A stretch of DNA of 64,000 nucleotides from contig CAWJWJ010000002.1 of assembly GCA_963846575.1 (NCBI GenBank), forward strand, positions 1,632,001-1,696,000. Reading direction: 5' to 3'. This stretch comes from an uncultured Nitrospiraceae bacterium. GTDB lineage: Bacteria; Nitrospirota; Nitrospiria; Nitrospirales; Nitrospiraceae. The stretch's first letter is position 1. Each line of letters opens with the position of its first letter. The position numbers were made by a program, and so were the translations under genes. Of the stretch, positions 29,187 through 38,226 are shown in pieces. The notes below the pieces were generated by a model that saw only the letters and a list, made by a program, of their open reading frames with translations, was not told where the DNA came from and made no database searches.

Positions 29187-30812
29187 ATGAAAATACTGTT
29201 GCTGTACCCCACCTGGACCGGAGCCTACGGGCTATTCGGTCATTTCGCGCGCAGGAACTCGACCTGGCCACCGTTGAATCTGGCGCTCCTGGCCGCCATC
29301 GCCGAGCGCCATGGTCATGAGGCCACCATCCTGGACGGGGAAGCCGAGCACATTTCTCTCGATGACATGGTTCGACAGGCGGTGGAACAAAAACCTGACC
29401 TGATCGGGTTCACCTGCACCAGTCCCTTCTTTCATCTCAGTAAAGCCGTGGCGGAAGGCATCAAACGGCTGGCGCCCCAGATTCCCATTGCGGTGGGAGG
29501 ACCCCATATCACCATCATGAAGGAGCAGGCGCTGCTGGAGCCGTTTGATTATGCGTTCATTGGAGAGGCCGAGGAGTCCTGGCCTCAGTTCCTGAATGCC
29601 TACGAACAGGGCCAGGATATCTCCTGCGTGGCCGGCGTGATCTTTCGTCGTGATGGCGCCGTGGTCTCAACAGGCCAACCGGCCGATATCACGAACCTCG
29701 ACGAGTTGCCGATCCCAGCCCGGCATCGCCTGCACATGCCCCACTATAAACTGGGCACCCTACGGGGACGCTTACCCTTCACGTCGATTCAAACCATGCG
29801 CGGTTGTCCCTGGAAATGTATTTTCTGCGCTTCGGAAGCCCTGAAGACGACGGAGATGCGGGTCCGTTCTCCCCGGTCGGTCGTGACTGAAATGAAACAG
29901 GTGGTCGAAACCTTCGGGACCCGGCATTTCTATATCGTCGACGATGTGATGACCCTCTGGAAGGACCATATCCTCGAGATCTGCGACTTGATCGATCAGG
30001 AGGGGCTGACCATTACCTTTGAAGGCAGCACGCGGGCGAATCTGGTGGAGGAGGAGGTCATCGCCCGTCTGGTCAAGAGCGGCCTGATCCGCCTCTCCTT
30101 CGGACTGGAAACCGTGGATCCTGAAATTCGCAAAACCATGAAGAAGCAGGTGCCCCTCGAACATTATGTGAAGGCCAACGGGATCTGCAACAAGTACGGC
30201 GTCGAGGCGTTGAACTCCGTGATGATCGGACTCCCCGGAGAAACACGGGACACGGTCCGTGCGACGTTAAAATTCCTGCGTCAGGCCAGGGAAGTCAAGC
30301 AGGCCAACTTTGCCATTGCGGTGCCCTATCCGGGCACAGAGTTTCATGATCTCGCGGTGAAGGGTGAAAAAGGCGTGCGCCTGATGACGGAAGACTTTTC
30401 TGAGTACAGGCGGTATGGATCGGCGGTGACAACCGTGGGCGATCTGACCCCCACCGACCTCATTGACCTGCAGAACGAAGGCTTTGTGAGCATCTATTCC
30501 GCTCCATGGCGATGGGTGCCCATGTTGCAGAAACACGGCGTCATCGGTGGAACACTGATGCTCGTGCGGGTCGCGCGACTGCTCGGCAAGAAATTCTATG
30601 GCGGATCCGGCGCATCGCGGCAGGATCAGCTCGTGAGTCTGGGAGACGGCGGGTTCGGCCATATACAGGATCCGGCCATGGCGATGGCACCGGCGGCTGC
30701 GCCATCAGCGCATGCAGGAGAAGCGGAACCCTTGCTGCAAATTACTCCGTCGTCCCGAAAAGCGGCGGCGCCTGCCGGACATTTCGGCGATCCGCGGAAT
30801 CCCAACGGATAA
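29187..30812 (+). CDS. B12-binding radical SAM enzyme (putative class B methyltransferase)
   Basis: PPLNLALLAA, VGGPH, RGCPWKCIFC, MIGLPGET, PYPGT. Confidence 0.9.
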   Translation: MKILLLYPTWTGAYGLFGHFARRNSTWPPLNLALLAAIAERHGHEATILDGEAEHISLDDMVRQAVEQKPDLIGFTCTSPFFHLSKAVAEGIKRLAPQIPIAVGGPHITIMKEQALLEPFDYAFIGEAEESWPQFLNAYEQGQDISCVAGVIFRRDGAVVSTGQPADITNLDELPIPARHRLHMPHYKLGTLRGRLPFTSIQTMRGCPWKCIFCASEALKTTEMRVRSPRSVVTEMKQVVETFGTRHFYIVDDVMTLWKDHILEICDLIDQEGLTITFEGSTRANLVEEEVIARLVKSGLIRLSFGLETVDPEIRKTMKKQVPLEHYVKANGICNKYGVEALNSVMIGLPGETRDTVRATLKFLRQAREVKQANFAIAVPYPGTEFHDLAVKGEKGVRLMTEDFSEYRRYGSAVTTVGDLTPTDLIDLQNEGFVSIYSAPWRWVPMLQKHGVIGGTLMLVRVARLLGKKFYGGSGASRQDQLVSLGDGGFGHIQDPAMAMAPAAAPSAHAGEAEPLLQITPSSRKAAAPAGHFGDPRNPNG

Positions 30813-30837
30813 CTCGACAGGAAGGGGCTTCAACACG

Positions 30838-33800
30838 ATGCCGCACCGTCGCGCCAATGCACTGCTCATCCAACTGGAGTTTCCCACCTGGGTGGCCGCA
30901 CGCCCCTGGACCTATACGGCGAATTTTGCGGTCCAGGAAGGCCTCACGGCAAACGGCGTGACCTGCCTGACCATTCCGGCCATTGCGGACACTCCTTGTT
31001 CCGGCCCCGACTCCTGGGTGTATCACGCCAGGAAAGCCCTCGCCGGTCAGCACTTTGACCAGGTCTGGATATGGCTGATTCATACGCCGCTCGACCAGGC
31101 CACCCTGGAATGGATGGCGGAGCTGGCCCCTGTGCGGGTCGGACTCCTCATGGAATCGCTCCGGTATGATGCCGAAGACTATACCTGGGCGCCGCAGTTG
31201 AAACTCCGGCAAACGCAACTTGAGGCGCAACTACCCTATCTGACCCACGTCCTGGCCCCCGATGAGCGAGACGCCGCCGACCTCAACACCCGCGGATTGG
31301 CCAATGCACTCTGGTGGCCTCCGATGGTGCCGGAACGGTTCATCGTCAACCCCGCGTCGCCCGCGCCCCGCGCACAGGCCGTCTTCCACGGCACGCCCTA
31401 CGGACGACGGCGGCATTGGGTCGAGCATTCCTTGCTCACCCACCGCCTGCATTGTGCAAAATCCACAGCGCCGCACACGAGAAATCAGCAGTTGTTCGAT
31501 CAACTGCAGGCGACGGCTGCGCAATACCTGCGCGAAGGCCATGCGGTGACTCAAGCCGCCATTCAGGAATACGTATCGGCGTTGCAACAGATCCGACTCG
31601 CGGAGTTCACGGAATGGATGGCTCAGCTTCCGCAGTGGCCCGCCATTGTGAACCTTCCGAGCCTGGCCAAGTTTTATGGGGGGCGTGTCATCGAGGCGAT
31701 GGCGGCTGGACGACCAGTGATCAGTTGGAAGATTCCCGATCACCCCCACAACCTGGGCCTCTTCGAACCGGACAGCGACATTCTGTTATTCGAGCAGGAC
31801 GACCCGGCGGCGCTCGCCCATCAGATCGACCGGGTACTTCATGATGATACCTTCGCCCGGGCCCTGGCAGAACGGGTGCAGGGGAAGGTCAAACGGTACC
31901 ATACTGCCGAGCGCCGGCTTCAAGGCACGCTCGATTGGATTCAAACGGGGCAGTTGCCGGACTATGGGCTATCCTCGGGAGACGGGCATCGCGCAGCAAT
32001 GCCTCGCGCTGCCGCAAGGCTGGACCCGCCAATGCCGCAGCCGGTCACTCAATCTACCGCAGGTACAGACCATTCATCTTCATCAGCAGGCGAGGGGAGC
32101 ATGAATCAGGATGAGTTCTACGTGGACCTGTTCGTCAACAAACCGGCCTGGTCTACGGCGGAGCCGAACCCGGATGAATCCGCGCGCTGGTCGAAGATCG
32201 CGTCGTTCCTCGAATATGTCCTGAGGCAGACGCGACGTGAAGGCCCCGCCAGAACCTTACGGATTCTCGACGTCGGCTGCGGGCGGGGTTGGCTGACGAA
32301 TCTGGCCACGGCCTACGGAACTTGTGAAGGGGTGGAACCGGTCGCGGGTGTCGTGGCGCATGCCCGACGCATGTTTCCCCGGATCCGCTTCGAAGCAGGA
32401 ACTCCCGAGTCGGTGTGTGTAAGACCGGACTTCATGCCCTACGACGTCGTCTTGTGCTCGGAAGTCATCGAACATGTGCCACATCCGGAGAAGCCTGAAT
32501 TCGTCACTCAACTGGGGAAACTCCTGAAGCCCGACGGCTACCTCATTCTGACGACGCCGAGAGGGGACGTCTGGGAGGAATGGAAGCGAATCGCGCCGCC
32601 GAATCAACCGGTGGAAGATTGGGTCACCGAGCAGCAACTCGGTCAGTTACTGCGCGAGGGAGGCTTTCACGCGTTGGGATTGGAACGAATCCCCATTGAG
32701 GTGCCTTCACTGCGCTACTTTCCAGCCGCTACACCTCACGATGTTCGCACCTTGAAGCTCATGCCGATCTATCAGGTCTGGGTCTGCCGGCGGGCGGTCA
32801 CGGCCATCGCGCCATCGGTGACCTTCAGCAAACCTCCGATGGTCTCAGTCATTGTGCCGACCTACAACCGTCCCGACCGGTTGCGCACGGCGCTGGAGAG
32901 TCTGCACCGACAGGACTACCGGGATTTCGAGGTGATTGTCGTCAATGACGGAACCACGCCGGTCGACACCGTCGTCGCAGAGATGAACGGGGGAGAGCGC
33001 ATCATCCTCGTGAACCATGACCGTAACCGGGGGCTGGCCGCGTCGCGCAATACCGGTCTTCGTCTCGCTAAAGGCACCTACGTTGCCTACCTCGATGACG
33101 ATGACCGATTTCTGCCGGACCATCTGGCTACGCTCGTCAAGTTCCTTGAACGCGGCACCCATCAGGTGGTCTACAGCGATGCCTGGCGCGTGATGGAACA
33201 AGAGGTGGATGGGACAATCAGGGAAACCGGGCGCGACCGCCCCCATTCCGTCGACTTTGCCGCGGCTCGGCTCTTCGTCGAGAACTATATCCCCGTACTC
33301 TGCCTCATGCACCGGCGTTCCTGCCTGGAGGAGGTCGGACTGTTCGACGAAAGTCTGTTCGTGCATGAAGACTGGGACCTGTGGATCAGACTCGCCACCC
33401 ATTTTGCGTTCGCGCATATCACCCGTACCACGGCGGAGTTTACCTGGCGAGGCGACGGCTCATCCATGACCAGCCGCGATCAGGATGTGTTCGTCCGCAC
33501 CATGGACATCATTTATCGAAAATACTACCCGTTTGTCGCGGCACGTCCCGGCATACTGGCAGCCCAACGGGAACGGTTGAGAATGCTCAAGGCACGTCTC
33601 ACCCCAACCTCCTACCAATGCTCCATCATCATTCCCGTGTGGAACAATGCCGCCCTCACCCAGCAATGTCTCACCGCCCTGGCGCAAGTCACGGAGGGAG
33701 TCACCTTTGAAGTGGTCGTCGTCGACAACGGATCGACGGACGGGGTAGAGGACTTCTTGCGCGCACTCGGCGGGGATGTGCAGGTCATCCGCAACCAGGA

Positions 33801-35229
33801 GAATCTGGGATTCGCCAAGGCCTGCAATCAGGGAGCGCAGGCGGCGAGAGGGGAACACCTGGTGTTTTTGAATAACGACACGATCCCCTTGAAGGGGTGG
33901 CTGTCGGCGCTGATCGAAGAAGTCCGAACACATGCCGACGTGGCCGTGGTCGGAAGTAAACTGCTCTACGAGGACGGCACGATTCAGCACGCCGGCGTCG
34001 CATTCTCCCGCGAATGGTTCATGCCGTATCACCTGTATCGTGGCGTCGAGGCCCACGCCCGGCAGGTCTCCAGGCGGCGAGAGCTGCAATGTGTGACCGC
34101 CGCCTGCATGCTGGTTCGACGGAACGTCTTCGAGCAGGTCGGTGGATTTGACGAGGGGTATCGAAACGGGTTTGAAGACGTGGACCTCTGCCTCAAGGTT
34201 CGCGAGCAGCAGTGGAAGATCGTCTACCAGCCGCAGAGCGTGCTCTACCATCTGGAGAGCCGGACACCAGGCCGCAAAACACATGACGGTGACAACAGCC
34301 GCCGTCTCCGTGAGCGCTGGGGGACCTCGTGGTGGCTCGCGGATGAAGACAGGCTTCACTTCGAGGACGGCTATGCCGTCCATACCTTTCTCACACAGGG
34401 AGTCCTCAGCTATCGCCTCAGCCTGATTGATGATGCCGCCACGAGAGCGGAACGAATGCTTCTGGCCGAGGTGCAAGCCGCCGCGGACAGAAGAGATCGG
34501 ACGAAAGTGGCCGAGCTCTTAGCACGAGTACAGGAATGGCCAAACGATGTCTGGATCCTGCGCTGGGCAGCGCTGCTATGCCTCGGAGTCGTCGAACCTC
34601 ACCTGGCCATTCCATTTTGGCGGCGTGTCCTGACCTTGGAGGACGATGATCAGGCGCATCTCGCTCTCGCCAGGCATGCGCTCGAGACAGGGGCGCTCCA
34701 TGAAGCCGATCGCCATCTGGCCTCACTGCTGCAACGTCATCCCTCGCATGCCGAAGGTTGGCTGCTGCTCGGCATCGTCGCCATGCAACGAAACGACTAT
34801 GTCGCGGCGGAAACGGCCTTCGAACGAGCCAAGCAGTCCGGCGCGCCGATGCGCAAAGCCAGCCTGGGACTCATCATGGCGGCGATGGGGGGCAGTCATT
34901 TCGAGAAGGCCTGGAACCTCTTGGAACTGCTGTGTGCGGATGAGCCGGACGATGAGGAGTGCATGCACTGGTTCCTGCGCTGCGGAACCGCACTCAATCG
35001 CTGGGACGACCTGGCCTCCCGTCTCACGGCCTTTCTCGCCCGCAATCCCGGCAATATGGCCCTGCGTTTTGCTCTTGCCGGAGTGTTGCTCCGGCTGGGC
35101 CGGCGAACGGATGCGCAACGCGAATACGAGCGACTCCGCACCCTCGATCCTGCGTTTGATGGGTTGGACGATCTGGCCGGCAGACTCGGCACTCCGGATG
35201 CTCATCTGGTTCCCGACCATGCTGCCTGA
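30838..35229 (+). CDS. 1463-aa multidomain glycosyltransferase (GT-B-like + SAM methyltransferase + GT2 + GT2 + TPR-like)
   Basis: RVIEAMAAG; ILDVGCGRG/SEVIEH; VSVIVPTYNR...YLDDDD...EDWD; SIIIPVWN...FLNND...FEDVDLC; helical C-terminus. Confidence 0.88.
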   Translation: MPHRRANALLIQLEFPTWVAARPWTYTANFAVQEGLTANGVTCLTIPAIADTPCSGPDSWVYHARKALAGQHFDQVWIWLIHTPLDQATLEWMAELAPVRVGLLMESLRYDAEDYTWAPQLKLRQTQLEAQLPYLTHVLAPDERDAADLNTRGLANALWWPPMVPERFIVNPASPAPRAQAVFHGTPYGRRRHWVEHSLLTHRLHCAKSTAPHTRNQQLFDQLQATAAQYLREGHAVTQAAIQEYVSALQQIRLAEFTEWMAQLPQWPAIVNLPSLAKFYGGRVIEAMAAGRPVISWKIPDHPHNLGLFEPDSDILLFEQDDPAALAHQIDRVLHDDTFARALAERVQGKVKRYHTAERRLQGTLDWIQTGQLPDYGLSSGDGHRAAMPRAAARLDPPMPQPVTQSTAGTDHSSSSAGEGSMNQDEFYVDLFVNKPAWSTAEPNPDESARWSKIASFLEYVLRQTRREGPARTLRILDVGCGRGWLTNLATAYGTCEGVEPVAGVVAHARRMFPRIRFEAGTPESVCVRPDFMPYDVVLCSEVIEHVPHPEKPEFVTQLGKLLKPDGYLILTTPRGDVWEEWKRIAPPNQPVEDWVTEQQLGQLLREGGFHALGLERIPIEVPSLRYFPAATPHDVRTLKLMPIYQVWVCRRAVTAIAPSVTFSKPPMVSVIVPTYNRPDRLRTALESLHRQDYRDFEVIVVNDGTTPVDTVVAEMNGGERIILVNHDRNRGLAASRNTGLRLAKGTYVAYLDDDDRFLPDHLATLVKFLERGTHQVVYSDAWRVMEQEVDGTIRETGRDRPHSVDFAAARLFVENYIPVLCLMHRRSCLEEVGLFDESLFVHEDWDLWIRLATHFAFAHITRTTAEFTWRGDGSSMTSRDQDVFVRTMDIIYRKYYPFVAARPGILAAQRERLRMLKARLTPTSYQCSIIIPVWNNAALTQQCLTALAQVTEGVTFEVVVVDNGSTDGVEDFLRALGGDVQVIRNQENLGFAKACNQGAQAARGEHLVFLNNDTIPLKGWLSALIEEVRTHADVAVVGSKLLYEDGTIQHAGVAFSREWFMPYHLYRGVEAHARQVSRRRELQCVTAACMLVRRNVFEQVGGFDEGYRNGFEDVDLCLKVREQQWKIVYQPQSVLYHLESRTPGRKTHDGDNSRRLRERWGTSWWLADEDRLHFEDGYAVHTFLTQGVLSYRLSLIDDAATRAERMLLAEVQAAADRRDRTKVAELLARVQEWPNDVWILRWAALLCLGVVEPHLAIPFWRRVLTLEDDDQAHLALARHALETGALHEADRHLASLLQRHPSHAEGWLLLGIVAMQRNDYVAAETAFERAKQSGAPMRKASLGLIMAAMGGSHFEKAWNLLELLCADEPDDEECMHWFLRCGTALNRWDDLASRLTAFLARNPGNMALRFALAGVLLRLGRRTDAQREYERLRTLDPAFDGLDDLAGRLGTPDAHLVPDHAA

Positions 35230-36412
35230 ATCGACGTCGCACAACCGCTCACTGGTGATCCAACTGGCGAGGTTGGGAGACCTCGTGCAATCCCTTCCCG
35301 CCATCGAGGCGCTACGGGAACAATACCCTGAGCGGCCCTTGGACCTCATTTGTTCGGCCCCCTTGGCGCCCGTCCTGTCCCGGTCCCGCGCCATCGACCG
35401 GCTCATACCCTGGGATGGTGCCAAGTGGCGAACCTGGGCCAGGCAGTGGGGGGAGAATCCACAGACAACCCTGCGCGAGGTCCAGGCCTACCTGGATGCA
35501 CTCGGAGAATCCCCATACGGCAGGATCTACAACCTCAATCAACATGCACGGGGCATCTTAATGACATCTCTGTTCTCACAGTCCTCTCGAACCGGCGCCG
35601 AAGAGGGGCCGGCTGACCAGATGGTCCGTACCTGGGCGCAATATCTTCGACGGGTGGCCGGGGAGCGTGGAGACAACCGTGTTCATCTGGCTGATGCCTG
35701 GTGCGGCATGTGCGGACTGAAACCGCGCGGGCTGGCTCCCGTCTTGAAGCAACAGGACGTCGGACTTCCGGAAGATCTGCGCGCCATCGGGGAACGCACG
35801 GGCATCTGGGTCGGCTTGGTGACCGGGGCAGGGGATCAGGCACGGTGCGTTCCCCCCGCCATCTGGGCGGAATGGATCAATAGATTTCTAGCGCAAGCGC
35901 CGGATGCTCAGGTGATGCTGATCGGGAGCGGCCAGGAGCGCGAGGTAGGCCAGGCGATTCTGGAGGCGACGCCGCCCCTGTTGCAGGGACGCGTGTGGGA
36001 TACGACCGGCCGTACGACGTTGGATCAACTCATGACCCTGCTCGGCAGATGCCGGTGGGTGATCGGAGCCGACACCGGCCCCCTGCATTTGGCCACCGCA
36101 GTGGGCAGCCGTGCAGTGGGATTCTATTTTGCTCAGGCGAGGGTCCATGAAACCGGCCCCTATGGGGATGGGCACTGGGCCTATCAATATGCCGCGCAGA
36201 CGCAGCCGGACCATTGGCCGATCGAGGAAAGTATTGAATTGATCTGCACCGGTCGGAGACGAGCAGCTTCCGGGTGGGCGATTTGGAAGAGTCACCTGGA
36301 CCACTGGGGCGTCTACTTCGACGAGGGATCCGTCCACACGACAGGGGAGTCCCGGCGAGCCACAGTCTGGCAAACACTATCGCCCACCATTTATGAGTCG
36401 GTGGCCGCATGA
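35219..36412 (+). CDS. Glycosyltransferase family 9 (heptosyltransferase-like)
   Basis: QLARLGDLVQ, GRTTL, DTGPLHLA, ETGPYG; start at 35198 or 35219. Confidence 0.82.
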   Translation: MLPESTSHNRSLVIQLARLGDLVQSLPAIEALREQYPERPLDLICSAPLAPVLSRSRAIDRLIPWDGAKWRTWARQWGENPQTTLREVQAYLDALGESPYGRIYNLNQHARGILMTSLFSQSSRTGAEEGPADQMVRTWAQYLRRVAGERGDNRVHLADAWCGMCGLKPRGLAPVLKQQDVGLPEDLRAIGERTGIWVGLVTGAGDQARCVPPAIWAEWINRFLAQAPDAQVMLIGSGQEREVGQAILEATPPLLQGRVWDTTGRTTLDQLMTLLGRCRWVIGADTGPLHLATAVGSRAVGFYFAQARVHETGPYGDGHWAYQYAAQTQPDHWPIEESIELICTGRRRAASGWAIWKSHLDHWGVYFDEGSVHTTGESRRATVWQTLSPTIYESVAA

Positions 36413-38226
36413 GCCACTTCACAGAGAACGTCGCCCAGCTGGCTGCACGGTATCCGCATCTCGCGGCCTCGCTGAAAGCCGCGCACGGCAATACGCTCAC
36501 CATCGAGCCGGCACGCAGCGGGGCTCCATCGGCACGGAGGTCCGGTCGATGGATCCATAGCGCGTATGATCCGATTCGTGAAGCTGACACGTGGGCCGAG
36601 AGCCATGCGCGGTCCTGCCAAGCCGGCGAGACGGTCATCGTCGCCGGGGTCGGCCTGCTCTACCATGTCGCCGCGCTCCGCACCAGGCTCTCGCCGGACA
36701 TCACCGTCGCGGTACTCATTCCCGATATCGACGAATTCCATGACGCCCTTTCGGCCCGGCCTCTCGGACCGTTGAGCGGGGAGATTATCTGGTTGTTCGG
36801 AATGCCTCAGGAGATTGCGCAGGCAGTGGCCGCAACGGGGCAGCCCCTCCGATGCCTCACCTATCTCCCGGCCTCTCAAGCGGATTCCGATTTCCATAGT
36901 GCCTTTGAACAGGCGCTGCGGCGTCACATCGCACGACAGGCCGGGGGGCAATTGACCATCGCGCTGGTGGGTCCGATTTATGGCGGATCATTGCCGATCG
37001 CCGGATATGTCAAACGCGCGCTGGAGACGCTGGGGCACAAGGTGCAGTGGATCGACCACAGTCTGCACGCCCCTAGTTACGAAGTCATGGGAGCGTTGAA
37101 AGACGCGCGCAACCGCCAATTGATGCAAAGCCGCATGGCCGAAGTCTTGAGCCAATGGACCCTGGCCACCCTGGCGGAATCGCCTCCCGACCTGGTGTTG
37201 TCGCTCGCCCAGGCCCCGTTAACCCTGCCCGTGCTGGAGCATCTGCGCAAAAAGAAGTTTCTCACTGCCATGTGGTTCGTCGAAAACTATCGTCATCTCA
37301 CCTACTGGCAGCAAATGGCCCCGGGATACGAATTCTGGTTCGTATTTCAACGCGGGCGATGTCTGGAGGCCTTCAAGCAGGCGGGCGCGCGGAACGTGAG
37401 CTATTTACCGATGGCCGCCGACCCGGACATGCATGGCCCTGTGGACTTGTCCGAGGAAGACCGGCGAGCGTACGGAGCAGACGTCTCCTTCGTCGGCGCG
37501 GGCTATGCCAACCGCCGACGCCTCTTCCCCGCACTGCTTCGCCAACCCTGGTCGTTCAAACTCTGGGGGAATGAATGGGACGGCGCCGACGACCTCCGTT
37601 CCGTCTTGCAGTTGGACGGCGCACGAATCGATACCGCCACGTGCATGAAGGTCTTCAATGCCACGACCATTAACCTGAATCTGCATTCGGCCACAGGATC
37701 CGGATTGGATCCGGAAGCGGATTTCGTCAATCCTCGCACGTTCGAACTCGCGGCCTGCGGAGCCTTTCAGTTGGTCGACCACCGGTCGTTGCTGCCGGAT
37801 CTCTTTCACCCTCAGGAGATGGTCTCCTTCCGGTCCTTCGATGAAGTCCCCGGACTGGTGCAGCGCTGGCTGGGGGACTCCGCCGCCCGGCAGGCGATGG
37901 CGACGGCTGCACGGACGCATGTCCTTGAGGCTCACACCTATGTGCATCGAATGAAGGATCTCTTGGGACAGATCGGACTGGCTCAACCGGATCGCATAGG
38001 CGCGGTGCTGAGAGGCGATCGGCAACGGGAGGCGTTACTCTCGCGGTGCGTCGATGGTGTGCCTCTGCACACGCTGCTCACGGGATGTCCCCCGGGCCAG
38101 CGAGTCGAGTTGAAAGATCTCGCTGCAACCATTCGTGCGAAAGGGGCGACGGCAACACTTCAGCGGGAAGAATTGATGGTGCTGATGCTGGATGAATACC
38201 GGAGCGAGACTCGCGATTTGATATGA
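36409..38226 (+). CDS. CgeB/Glyco_trans_1_2-type glycosyltransferase with Maf-like N-terminal domain
   Basis: N-terminal HSAYDPIREA; DVSFVG, INLNLH, NPRTFELAACGAFQL, HTYVHRM. Confidence 0.78.
   Translation: MSHFTENVAQLAARYPHLAASLKAAHGNTLTIEPARSGAPSARRSGRWIHSAYDPIREADTWAESHARSCQAGETVIVAGVGLLYHVAALRTRLSPDITVAVLIPDIDEFHDALSARPLGPLSGEIIWLFGMPQEIAQAVAATGQPLRCLTYLPASQADSDFHSAFEQALRRHIARQAGGQLTIALVGPIYGGSLPIAGYVKRALETLGHKVQWIDHSLHAPSYEVMGALKDARNRQLMQSRMAEVLSQWTLATLAESPPDLVLSLAQAPLTLPVLEHLRKKKFLTAMWFVENYRHLTYWQQMAPGYEFWFVFQRGRCLEAFKQAGARNVSYLPMAADPDMHGPVDLSEEDRRAYGADVSFVGAGYANRRRLFPALLRQPWSFKLWGNEWDGADDLRSVLQLDGARIDTATCMKVFNATTINLNLHSATGSGLDPEADFVNPRTFELAACGAFQLVDHRSLLPDLFHPQEMVSFRSFDEVPGLVQRWLGDSAARQAMATAARTHVLEAHTYVHRMKDLLGQIGLAQPDRIGAVLRGDRQREALLSRCVDGVPLHTLLTGCPPGQRVELKDLAATIRAKGATATLQREELMVLMLDEYRSETRDLI

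Noticed and set aside
33460..34476. Long antisense or alternative-frame ORFs (e.g. 338 aa here, 308 aa at 6522, 300 aa at 61235)
   Set aside because: They overlap well-supported genes and are expected in GC-rich DNA
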